This document shows positions 9,691 through 18,737 of a DNA stretch of 58,147 nt, in pieces. The stretch covers positions 1-58,147 of the forward strand of contig JALVZH010000301.1 in NCBI GenBank assembly GCA_027022105.1. Direction: 5' to 3'. Source of the stretch: Bacteroidales bacterium (GTDB lineage: Bacteria > Bacteroidota > Bacteroidia > Bacteroidales > F082). Position 1 is the stretch's first letter. Every line of letters starts with the position of its first letter. Under the pieces are notes generated by a model that searched no databases, was not told where the DNA came from, and worked only from the letters and a program-made list of their open reading frames with translations. The position numbers were made by a program, and so were the translations under genes.

Positions 9691-10314
9691 ATGAAAAAAT
9701 TATCGTATTTAATAATTGCCATTGCGTTATTGGGAGTATCCTGTAACAATTCACAAGAAAAAACAAAAGAAAACAATGCTGCAGCGGAAGAACAATCCGT
9801 AATTAAAGCCACCCCCGAAGAGGTTACCGAAGTTACGGTGGCCGATTTCAGCGAAAAGGCAGGCTCGCTTGTGGGAAAACCCGTTAAGATTAAAGCCATT
9901 GTTGACCATGTATGCAAACACGGGGGGCAAAAGATGGTATTGGTGGATCAGAACACCGAAAAAAGGGTAAAAGTGGTACCCGATGAAAAAATTGCCGCTT
10001 TTAAACCGGAATTGGAAGGACAAGATGTGGTGGTTACCGGCGTGGTGGACGAACTGAAAGTGGACGAAGATTACCTGATGGACTGGGAAAATGAGGTGAA
10101 AGAGGGCGAAAAAGAGCCCAAAGGCGAAGCAATGCATGAGGGGAAAGAGGCAGGTGAAGAAAAAGATGAAGCGGAAAATGCCATGAAACAGATTAATGCC
10201 CTGCGGAAAAAACTGAAAGAGAGCGGAAAAGATCACCTTTCGTACTATTCCATCATCTGTTCCGAATACGAAGTACTTCCCGAAGAAAACGAAGGCGGGG
10301 ATACCGAAAAATAG
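9691..10314 (+). CDS. Lipoprotein with OB-fold-like domain and HVCxHGG motif
   Basis: Lipobox LGVSC, VDHVCKHGG motif, acidic linker. Confidence 0.75.
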   Translation: MKKLSYLIIAIALLGVSCNNSQEKTKENNAAAEEQSVIKATPEEVTEVTVADFSEKAGSLVGKPVKIKAIVDHVCKHGGQKMVLVDQNTEKRVKVVPDEKIAAFKPELEGQDVVVTGVVDELKVDEDYLMDWENEVKEGEKEPKGEAMHEGKEAGEEKDEAENAMKQINALRKKLKESGKDHLSYYSIICSEYEVLPEENEGGDTEK

Positions 10315-10323
10315 TATTGAAGT

Positions 10324-10878
10324 ATGGCTTTTAAATGGAGAAAATGGAACAGAGCCATCCATCGTGATTTCGGCTATCTTTTTCTGGGAATGACATTGAT
10401 TTATGCCCTGTCGGGGATTGCACTGAACCACTTGGACTACTGGGACCCCAACTACATTGTACAACGTAAAGAGATGAGGGTCACCGTTCCGTCGGAACGG
10501 CCGGATAAGAAGGAGGTGAAGGCGCTTCTGAAAACCATGGGCGACGATATTGTATATAAAAAACACTATTTCCCGTCCAAAGAGGTGATGAAGGTTTTTA
10601 TAAAAAACGGTACGGTACTGGTAAACCTGAAAACGGGTAATGCTTTGCTGGAGCGTACCCGGCGCAGGCCTCTGTTTCGCGAGGTGAATTACCTGCATTA
10701 CAATCCCATAAAATACTGGACATGGTTTTCCGATATCTTTGCCGGGGCACTGATTATTCTGGGAATTTCCGGCATTCTGATTCCAAGGGGCGATAAGGGA
10801 ATTACCCGCCGCGGTGCCTGGATGACCCTGTTGGGAATAATTATTCCGTTGATTTATCTGTTTGTTTATTTTTATTAA
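10324..10878 (+). CDS. PepSY-associated TM helix protein
   Basis: RAIHRDFGY...SGIALNH and NYLHYN...WFSDIFA motifs; 3 TM segments. Confidence 0.85.
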   Translation: MAFKWRKWNRAIHRDFGYLFLGMTLIYALSGIALNHLDYWDPNYIVQRKEMRVTVPSERPDKKEVKALLKTMGDDIVYKKHYFPSKEVMKVFIKNGTVLVNLKTGNALLERTRRRPLFREVNYLHYNPIKYWTWFSDIFAGALIILGISGILIPRGDKGITRRGAWMTLLGIIIPLIYLFVYFY

Positions 10879-10880
10879 TT

Positions 10881-11054
10881 ATGAACGAATACCTTATCAT
10901 CGTTTTGTTTGTGCTGTGGTACGGACTTTCGCTCTACCTGTCGGAAACCTACGGCAAAACCGGAAAACCCGGCACCGAACGGTTGTTTTTTATCAGTATG
11001 ATTTTCAGTCCGGTGGTTGGGTTTATTGTAGCTTTGGCAGGGAAAAGGCGGTAG
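10881..11054 (+). CDS. 57-aa membrane protein (absent from the ORF track)
   Basis: ATG 2 nt after the PepSY stop; MNEYLIIVLFVLWYGLSLYLSETYGKTGKPGTERLFFISMIFSPVVGFIVALAGKRR*, with two hydrophobic helices. Confidence 0.65.
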   Translation: MNEYLIIVLFVLWYGLSLYLSETYGKTGKPGTERLFFISMIFSPVVGFIVALAGKRR

Positions 11055-11166
11055 AAAACCAACCTGAATAAATCAGAAAAGACAAATAAGGCACTAAATT
11101 CTGTAAAATAGTGCGATTGTACATTTGCCTGAGTAGCATAAATCATCAGTCAAGCTAAAAAGGAAG

Positions 11167-11203
11167 CCTTACACCATTTCTTTTGTGGTGTAAGGTTGCT
11201 TTT
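11167..11203 (+). terminator. Putative intrinsic terminator
   Basis: 10-bp stem CCTTACACCA/TGGTGTAAGG followed by a T-rich tail. Confidence 0.45.
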
Positions 11204-11250
11204 GGTAAAGGTATTGAAAAGATAAGTATTTTTGGGGAGGATATGCGTGC

Positions 11251-12131
11251 GTTGTGGCACATAAAAACGAACGAAAATGACACGAAAATTCTTAGTATTA
11301 ATATTTCTATTTGGATTTATAAATCAGTTTTTTGGACAGACTGATTCATTGAAAAACAATGTCTTTGGCACATTCTTGATTTTCCCGATTGAATTCCCGG
11401 TAATTGATAACGAGCAGATAAACAATGAATTGACAGGATTAGGATATCCAAAATGTGATTATTCAACTGCAAATATTGGAATTGGATTTCAATTATATAT
11501 GAATAGGTGGATAACAACACTATCATTTAACAAAACAACCAAAAAGAAAGACCAAGATAGTTATTTGACTGAAGTAGAATACCGTTCGACGTCATTTAAC
11601 CTCGGTTATGACTTGACAAAAAATCATAGATATTCAATTTATCCTTTTGTTGGTTTTAAAGGTTGTGGACTGAATTATTTGTACCGTGAAAAAATATCAA
11701 ATACGACCAGCTTTAATAACTATTTTAATACGGCTTTGGAATATAAGGAAATAACAAATTCAAGAGCAAATTTAGATTTGGGATTTGGATTTTCTTTTCA
11801 GTGGTTCTTTTTAGTGAATTTTAGGACAGGATATTTGTTGCCACTCGAAGAAGCAAGGTGGAATATTAATAACAATCAGGACAAATTAAGCAATGCTCCG
11901 ACTTTGCGTTATAACTACTATTTTACCTTGACAATTGGGTTCGGGAATATTGCCGGTGATGATGAATTAAGAAGACATTATAGTAGAAATGAATAAATAA
12001 CGATGCCACAACAAAAAATATAGTGCATTTGGTAGATAATGCTAAAAATGATGATGATAGCAATAAATAACATGGTGCAAAACTAAAAATTTGGTGTTTC
12101 AAAATGCCAAACGCACCATGTTTAAACCGTT
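11251..12131 (+). mobile_element. Integron-cassette-like unit (single ORF plus attC-like palindrome)
   Basis: GTTGTGGCA (11251) before the ORF, its exact reverse complement TGCCACAAC (12004) after the stop, then an imperfect palindrome ending in GTT at 12129. Confidence 0.55.
11277..11996 (+). CDS. Hypothetical exported protein, possibly an outer-membrane beta-barrel
   Basis: Signal peptide, alternating aromatic beta-strand pattern, visibly AT-rich coding sequence. Confidence 0.7.
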   Translation: MTRKFLVLIFLFGFINQFFGQTDSLKNNVFGTFLIFPIEFPVIDNEQINNELTGLGYPKCDYSTANIGIGFQLYMNRWITTLSFNKTTKKKDQDSYLTEVEYRSTSFNLGYDLTKNHRYSIYPFVGFKGCGLNYLYREKISNTTSFNNYFNTALEYKEITNSRANLDLGFGFSFQWFFLVNFRTGYLLPLEEARWNINNNQDKLSNAPTLRYNYYFTLTIGFGNIAGDDELRRHYSRNE

Positions 12132-12214
12132 ACAGCTCATTTAAAGGAAAAATACAGCTTAAAAATTTGAAACATTGAGCCGAATTTATTATGTTTGTGA
12201 GCTGAATAAGTAAT

Positions 12215-13249
12215 ATGAAAACAGAAAATTTAATATTGGATTTCCTGAAACAAAATCCGGAAAGCTCTTCCGGGGAAATTCAGACAGGAATACCGGATAA
12301 AAAGAGTATTGCCACAATAAAAAGGGAGTTATCGAAACTTGTGGCAAAGAAGTTAATATCATCAACCGGAAAAGGAAAAGCAACAAGGTATAAACTATCA
12401 CCATATTATAATCTGTTTCGTGAGATTGATATTCAAGATTATTATAAAAAAGAGATAGATGAAAGAACAATAATTGAGGACTTCAATTTTTCCTTGTTAA
12501 GGGAAATTTTTCCCGCAACAAAATTATTCACAGAAGATGAATTAAATCATTTAACCGGTTTACAAAAGGAGTTTGAGAGAAACATATCCGAATTAAGTGA
12601 ATATGAAATTAAAAAAGAATTCGAACGGCTCGCTATCGATTTAAGCTGGAAATCTTCACAAATAGAAGGAAACACCTATTCGTTGCTGGAAACAGAACGG
12701 CTTTTAAAGGAAAAAGAAACTGCAGCGGGAAAATCGAAAGAGGAAGCCGTAATGTTGCTTAATCATAAAGAAGCTATTGATTTTATAATTGAAAATCCCG
12801 ATTACTTATTACCTGTTTCGGTATCGAAAATTGAAGATATCCATAGTATCCTGACAAAAGAGCTTTCGGTTGGCAGAAACATAAGAAAAAGACGAGTTGG
12901 TATTTCAGGTACCAATTATCGCCCGATAGACAATGAATTTCAAATAAAAGAAGCATTATCGCTAACTTGTGATTTAATAAATAAAAAAGAAAATGTTTTT
13001 GAGCAGGCTTTTCTTGCTCTGATTCTTATTTCATACATTCAGCCGTTTGTTGACGGAAATAAGAGAACGGCAAGAATTGTAAGCAATGCAATACTGCTCA
13101 ATCGTAACCACTGTCCTATCTCATTCAGAACAGTTGATAGTGTTGATTACAAAAAGGCTATGTTATTGTTTTATGAACAGAATAATATCACAATTATTAA
13201 GAGAATATTTATTGAACAATATGAGTTTGCAGTAAAAACATATTTTTAG
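12215..13249 (+). CDS. Fic family protein with N-terminal winged HTH
   Basis: SSQIEGN inhibitory-type motif, QPFVDGNKRTAR Fic motif (His replaced by Gln), N-terminal HTH (ATIKRELSKLV...GKGKATRY). Confidence 0.9.
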   Translation: MKTENLILDFLKQNPESSSGEIQTGIPDKKSIATIKRELSKLVAKKLISSTGKGKATRYKLSPYYNLFREIDIQDYYKKEIDERTIIEDFNFSLLREIFPATKLFTEDELNHLTGLQKEFERNISELSEYEIKKEFERLAIDLSWKSSQIEGNTYSLLETERLLKEKETAAGKSKEEAVMLLNHKEAIDFIIENPDYLLPVSVSKIEDIHSILTKELSVGRNIRKRRVGISGTNYRPIDNEFQIKEALSLTCDLINKKENVFEQAFLALILISYIQPFVDGNKRTARIVSNAILLNRNHCPISFRTVDSVDYKKAMLLFYEQNNITIIKRIFIEQYEFAVKTYF

Positions 13250-13386
13250 ACATAGTACCGTTGAACAAAAGATAATAGCGTGCACAGCGAAATATGTCCG
13301 TGCCGGTGTTTGCGGAATAACCAATCAATTGGGACAGAAACGGATATCACAAGCGGGAAATAAAAATTTGAATTTCAATAAGCACA

Positions 13387-14601
13387 ATGAAAAATTTAAT
13401 TTTGTTACTCTTTGCTGTTCTTTTGCTTTCGAGCCAAGCCAAAGAGCCTGTGCTGCAAATGACAGGGAAGATTAAATGCGCCGATTATCACGAAATGCGT
13501 AACGGCTTGAAAAATTCTTTTATAAAGTTCGGGAAGGAAAAGAAAGGGCGTGTTGCTTTTCTCGGTGGCTCAATCACTTACAATCCCGGTTGGCGCTACA
13601 GTATATGCAGGTACCTCGAAAAACGGTTTCCGGAAACCGTTTTTGATTTTATTGCTGCCGGGATTCCCTCTTTCGGTTCCACGGAAGATGCTTTCAGGTT
13701 TAAGCGCGATGTAATGAAAAACGGCACGGTTGACCTTCTTTTTGTTGAGGCGGCAGTGAACGATGAAGGTACAGGAAGGCCTGAATCCGAGATAATTCGT
13801 GCTATGGAAGGAATTGTGCGGCATGCCAAAAAAAGCAACCCTGCCATGGATATCGTTTTTATGTATTTTGTTGACCCGAGGAAGATTGAAGCTTATAATT
13901 CCGGCAAAGTGCCCGATGTTATCAGGATTCACGATGAGGTGGCAAAACACTACAACATACCCATGCTCAATCTGGCCAAGGAGGTAACCGACCGGATAAA
14001 TGCCGGTGAGTTTACATGGAAAGATGATTTCAAAGACCTTCACCCGTCGCCTTTCGGCCAGCATATCTATGCGCGATCCATGCTTTCGTTTCTGAACGAT
14101 GCATACAGCGGTATTGTGGCCGGAGATGATAAAATTGAGAACTATCCGTTGCCCGGGCCAATTGATAAGTACAATTATGACAACGGGGTTCTGTTTGATG
14201 CATCCCAAATAAAACCGGTAAAAGGATGGAAATATGTTAAAATATGGGAGCCGGAGATTGAAGCACGCACAAGGGCTAATTTCATTAAGGTGCCGATGAT
14301 TGTTGGAACGTATCCGACAAAAACCCTGAAATTCAGGTTCGAGGGCAATGCCGTTGGAATTGCCGTTGCTGCCGGCCCCGATGCAGGGATAGTTGAATAC
14401 CGTGTGGACGGTGGTAAGTGGAAAACAAAAGACCTGTTCACCAGATACAGTAAGATGTATCATCTGCCCTGGTACTACGTTCTTGAAGATGCGCTTCCTT
14501 CCGGAAAACACAAACTCGAACTCCGCCTGACCAACCGAAAGAACGAACAAAGCAAAGGAAACAAGTGTGTGATGAGGTATGTTTTTGTGAACAAGGATTG
14601 A
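13387..14601 (+). CDS. SGNH/GDSL-type hydrolase (esterase), exported
   Basis: AFLGGSIT (block I), EAAVND (block III), DLHPSPFG (block V); signal peptide. Confidence 0.85.
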   Translation: MKNLILLLFAVLLLSSQAKEPVLQMTGKIKCADYHEMRNGLKNSFIKFGKEKKGRVAFLGGSITYNPGWRYSICRYLEKRFPETVFDFIAAGIPSFGSTEDAFRFKRDVMKNGTVDLLFVEAAVNDEGTGRPESEIIRAMEGIVRHAKKSNPAMDIVFMYFVDPRKIEAYNSGKVPDVIRIHDEVAKHYNIPMLNLAKEVTDRINAGEFTWKDDFKDLHPSPFGQHIYARSMLSFLNDAYSGIVAGDDKIENYPLPGPIDKYNYDNGVLFDASQIKPVKGWKYVKIWEPEIEARTRANFIKVPMIVGTYPTKTLKFRFEGNAVGIAVAAGPDAGIVEYRVDGGKWKTKDLFTRYSKMYHLPWYYVLEDALPSGKHKLELRLTNRKNEQSKGNKCVMRYVFVNKD

Positions 14602-14656
14602 CAGGCTTGCACTATCCGTCGGTGAGATTGTTAATAAATTTATAAAAAGAAAAAAG

Positions 14657-16768
14657 ATGAGAAATATATACATACTTATTGCAATTGTTTTTTTCAGCAT
14701 AAGTGCAAATGCCCAGGTGGAATTTTTTGTATCCCCCACAGGCAATGATACGAACCCGGGCACTGCGGAACAACCCTTTGCATCGTTAACAGGTGCACGC
14801 AATGCCATACGCAGGTATAAAAAAGAACATAATTCAGCGGTTTCTTTTATAGTTACTATTGCCGATGGTGTTTACAACATAAAAGAGCCTTTTGTTCTTA
14901 CTTCCGAAGATGGCGGAACGCCCGGGCATCCGGTTATATACAAAGCGGAAAAGGGGGCAAAACCGGTGTTTAGCGGAGGAAGAACGATTAAAGGTTTTAA
15001 GGTAAATAAAGCCGGAATCTGGGAGGTAAAAATTCCCGACTGTGCATCATCAGGCCGGAGATTTGACCAGCTTTATGTAAATGGTAAAAAAGCAACTCTT
15101 GCCCGAACGCCCAATAAGGGTTTTATAAGAATAGCCGGTGTTAAAGAAACCGTTTTGGAAAAAGGAACCGGCAGAATTTATAAAAAAGCACGGCAGACCT
15201 TTATGTTCGACGACCCACAGCTCAAATCCTTAAAAAACCTGACTGGTGACCAACGGAAACTTTTGCGTTTCCGTGCTTATCATAAGTGGAATTTTACCCT
15301 CAGGTATGTTGATGAAATTAAATTTAACAATGACAGTATCGTCATCATTACTACCGGACAGGGAATGCGACCCTGGAACCGTATCAAAAAGAACGGACGT
15401 ATTATTTTTGAGAATTTTGCGGCTGCTCTCGACGCTCCCGGCGAATGGTTTTTAAATAGCGAGGGAACACTGTTCTATATCCCACTGCCGGGACAAACTC
15501 CTGAAAACACCGAAATAACAGCACCCGTATCAAACGGTTTACTGGTTATCGAAGGGGATATTCCGAACAACAAACTTGCGGAAAACATTCGATTCGAAGG
15601 AATTTCGTTTAAATATTCCCGTTACCGTTTTCCCGCAACCGGTCACGAACCCGCCCAGGCAGCGGTTTCCATCAATGCTGCCATTATGCTAAGGGGAACA
15701 AAAAACATCACATTTTCGAATTGCGAAATTTCCAATACCGGTCAGCATGCCATTTGGTTCGAAAAAGGATGCAGCAATTCGCTTGTGGAAAAATGTTTTC
15801 TTCATCATCTTGGGGGTGGCGGTATTTATATTGGCAAAGATGTTCCTGTAAAAGATATTGAGCAGACCAAAAATATCAGATTAAACAACAATATTATTCA
15901 TTCGGGAGGCAGGGAGTTCCCGACTGCTGTCGGCGTCTGGGTCGGGCATAGTCCGGACAACGAGATAACACACAACGATATTGCCGATTTTTACTACACC
16001 GGAATATCACTGGGATGGATTTGGGGCTATAAACCGAGTGTTTCAAAAAGAAATAAAGTTACATACAATCATATTCATCATATCGGCTGGGATTTGTTAA
16101 GCGATTTGTCCGGGGTATATACCCTGGGAGCTTCGGAAGGGAGCGTAATAAGCAACAACGTTGTACACGATATCCATGCTTATTCGTACGGAGGATGGGG
16201 ATTGTACACCGACGAAGGAAGTACCGGGATTTTATTGGAAAACAATCTGGTTTACAATACAAAAACAGGAGGGTTTCACCAACATTACGGCAAAAACAAT
16301 ATCATCAGGAACAATATTTTTGCCTATTCAAAAATGTATCAGCTACAATGTACAAGAGTGGAAAACCATCGCTCTTTCGATTTTACCAACAACATTATTG
16401 TTTTTGACCAGGGTGTTGTTTTATACGGCCCGTGGAATAAGATTGATATATTTATGGATTATAATATCTATTGGAATACGGGCGGAGAAACCTATGATTT
16501 TAACGGTAAATCTTTTAAAGAATGGCAACAATCGGGACATGATGTAAACAGCTTTATTATCAATCCCTATTTTACCGATGCCCCTCATTTCGACTTTACA
16601 TTTAAGAACCTTAATAATATTCAAAAAATAAACTTTAAACCCTTCGACTATTCAAAAGCGGGCGTTTATGGAGATAAAGAATGGATTAAAAAAGCTTTAT
16701 TGCCCGGATACATTATTACTGATTTTGAGAAAATTGTAGAGAAGAATATGGATAAAACGCATTATTAG
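14657..16768 (+). CDS. Right-handed parallel beta-helix protein (GH141/pectate-lyase-like), exported
   Basis: FFVSPTGNDTNPGT..PFASL N-terminus, LDAPGEWF, repeated NNxIH rungs, GWGLYTDEGS. Confidence 0.85.
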   Translation: MRNIYILIAIVFFSISANAQVEFFVSPTGNDTNPGTAEQPFASLTGARNAIRRYKKEHNSAVSFIVTIADGVYNIKEPFVLTSEDGGTPGHPVIYKAEKGAKPVFSGGRTIKGFKVNKAGIWEVKIPDCASSGRRFDQLYVNGKKATLARTPNKGFIRIAGVKETVLEKGTGRIYKKARQTFMFDDPQLKSLKNLTGDQRKLLRFRAYHKWNFTLRYVDEIKFNNDSIVIITTGQGMRPWNRIKKNGRIIFENFAAALDAPGEWFLNSEGTLFYIPLPGQTPENTEITAPVSNGLLVIEGDIPNNKLAENIRFEGISFKYSRYRFPATGHEPAQAAVSINAAIMLRGTKNITFSNCEISNTGQHAIWFEKGCSNSLVEKCFLHHLGGGGIYIGKDVPVKDIEQTKNIRLNNNIIHSGGREFPTAVGVWVGHSPDNEITHNDIADFYYTGISLGWIWGYKPSVSKRNKVTYNHIHHIGWDLLSDLSGVYTLGASEGSVISNNVVHDIHAYSYGGWGLYTDEGSTGILLENNLVYNTKTGGFHQHYGKNNIIRNNIFAYSKMYQLQCTRVENHRSFDFTNNIIVFDQGVVLYGPWNKIDIFMDYNIYWNTGGETYDFNGKSFKEWQQSGHDVNSFIINPYFTDAPHFDFTFKNLNNIQKINFKPFDYSKAGVYGDKEWIKKALLPGYIITDFEKIVEKNMDKTHY

Positions 16769-16933
16769 TTAAAAGTAATTTTATTTACTTAAAGACTTGT
16801 TTTGCTTGGATTTATTCTAATTTTGTTGAGTTGGCTTATTCCACAGGGAGTTAAATATTTAAACAAACGCAAAATATTCAAATAGGGTTTGAGTAATAAA
16901 GTTTGAAACATTAGAGGAAAAATCAGCTCATAA

Positions 16934-17260
16934 ATGAAAATACAATACGCATCGGATTTACATTTGGAATTTCCGGAAAATAAAATCTTCCTGGAAATCA
17001 ATCCCATAAAACCTTTTGGCGATATCCTGGTTTTAGCTGGGGATATTATTCCCTTTGTTATATTAGAAAAACATCACGATTTCTTTAATTACCTTTCCTA
17101 TAATTTTGAAAATGTTTACTGGATTCCCGGCAATCACGAGTACTATTATTTTAATCTGACCGATAAATCGGGTTCATTCTTTGAGAAAGTAAAAGACAAT
17201 GTCCATTTGTTGAATAATGAGCATAAGTATTTTAAAACCAATAATTTTTATATGGTGTAA
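16934..17260 (+). pseudogene. Truncated calcineurin-like metallophosphoesterase
   Basis: SDLHLE, AGDI and PGNHEYY are present, but the ORF stops at 108 aa without the C-terminal His motifs. No continuation is visible in other frames. Confidence 0.7.
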
Positions 17261-17430
17261 CTATTCATTTAATAACAGTATATTTGCACAATAACATTAA
17301 CGGTGTTACCATGCACAAGTTATAATACTATGGACATATGATTAAATTTGTAAAGAAAAAGTCCCAATAATTAAAGTAGTATCTGAGTGATTAAAACAAA
17401 GTATTACGTTTAACCAGTTGCAGTTAGCAC

Positions 17431-17463
17431 AAAAAAAACCCGCTCATTTGAGCGGGTTTTTTT
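17431..17463. terminator. Bidirectional intrinsic terminator
   Basis: A8-CCCGCTCA-TT-TGAGCGGG-T7 downstream of the thiolase gene. Confidence 0.85.
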
Positions 17464-17477
17464 ATTACGCGTATCAA

Positions 17478-18725
17478 TTACTCTCCTCGTTTAAACACAA
17501 TGGATGTAACGGTTACATCGTCGCCACCCATATTAATGGTAAGGCCGTAGGGGCGGTTTTCGTCAATGGTAATCTGTGCGTCACCGGCTTTGCCGGTAAG
17601 TTGTTGCCAAATGGTAACCCCCTGATGTACACCCGTTCCTCCGGTGGGGTGTCCCCAGCCGATAAGGCCGCCGGTGGTATTGAACGGGATTTCGCCATTG
17701 CGTCCGGTTTTTCCGTCGGCAACATAGTCGGCGCCTTCGCCTTTGGCAGCCAGCCCCAGTGCCTCAACTGCCAATATTCCGGCAATGGAAAAGCAGTCGT
17801 GGGTTTCCACGGTTCCCACCTGGTCTATGGTTATTCCAGCGTTTTCCAACGCCTGATGAGCGGCAAACTTAATGGTTTCCAGCTCTGTAAGGTCGGTGGG
17901 GTCGGAAGTGATGTCGCGGACGGCATGGCCGAATCCAATTACTTCCACTGCATCTTTTTTATCAATACCGATTCTTTTCAGGCCCTCTTCCGAGCAAATG
18001 GCAATAGCGGAAGCACCGTCGGAAACTTTTGAGCAGTCGAGCACGGTAAGGTGGTCAACAAAAACTTTTCCGTTGGGCTGCATTTTCAGGGCAGTGCCGT
18101 AGGGGTCGGGATTGGTATTGTGGTACTCCTGAGCTGTGGGGTCGAGGCGGGCATTCTCTATGGCATTGGCATACCAGCGCGCCATACCTTTGCGCGTACG
18201 TTCGTAACCGTACTTTTCGTAATAGGCTCCCGCCCTGTCGCTAAACTGTCCGGGGAAGAAATAGGCGTGGCCTTTTTTCCTCTTTTTGAACCATCCTGCC
18301 AGCGCCAGAATATCGGCACCGTAAATAGCCTTAACGGGGTTTTGCACCTCGAAACCGAGCGACAGAACCACATCGGAAGTTTCGGCAAGGATGTGACGGA
18401 TGCCGGTTACCAGCGAAAGGCCACCCGAAGCGCAGGCACCTTCTACGCGTACGGCGGGTTTCATGGAAAGCCCTTTGTCAATCATGGGGATAAAACCGTC
18501 GAGGTGGCCCTGCTTGTTAAAGCGTGAAGCCATAAAATTGCCTATTACCGATTCATCCACATTTTTGGCACCGCCAATTTGCTGCAATACACCCTGTCCG
18601 GCCTCTTTAATGTAATGTTCGATACCCGGGCGGGGCTTTTTGGGGTTAAATTCTTTGCGGCCGGTTCCCAGCGAGATGGTATTGTAACCGGCGGTCATAT
18701 ATACTTTTCTTCTTAATTTTTTCAT
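17478..18725 (-). CDS. Thiolase, SCP2-type
   Basis: RVEGACASGG, DCSKVSDGA, ETHDCF and GHPTGGTG motifs; NMGG at the C-terminus. Confidence 0.9.
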   Translation of the reverse strand: MKKLRRKVYMTAGYNTISLGTGRKEFNPKKPRPGIEHYIKEAGQGVLQQIGGAKNVDESVIGNFMASRFNKQGHLDGFIPMIDKGLSMKPAVRVEGACASGGLSLVTGIRHILAETSDVVLSLGFEVQNPVKAIYGADILALAGWFKKRKKGHAYFFPGQFSDRAGAYYEKYGYERTRKGMARWYANAIENARLDPTAQEYHNTNPDPYGTALKMQPNGKVFVDHLTVLDCSKVSDGASAIAICSEEGLKRIGIDKKDAVEVIGFGHAVRDITSDPTDLTELETIKFAAHQALENAGITIDQVGTVETHDCFSIAGILAVEALGLAAKGEGADYVADGKTGRNGEIPFNTTGGLIGWGHPTGGTGVHQGVTIWQQLTGKAGDAQITIDENRPYGLTINMGGDDVTVTSIVFKRGE

Positions 18726-18737
18726 AGCTCAAAATTT

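Noticed and set aside
13570-14808. Long antisense ORFs (e.g. 412 aa here; 7478-8410, 9751-10698, 45109-45930)
   Set aside because: Shadows of well-supported genes on the other strand, with no protein motifs.
16900-16932. Short motifs shared with the Fic upstream region (TTTGAAACATT, GGAAAAAT.CAGCT)
   Set aside because: Short, AT-rich and in a different order; cannot be separated from chance by eye.
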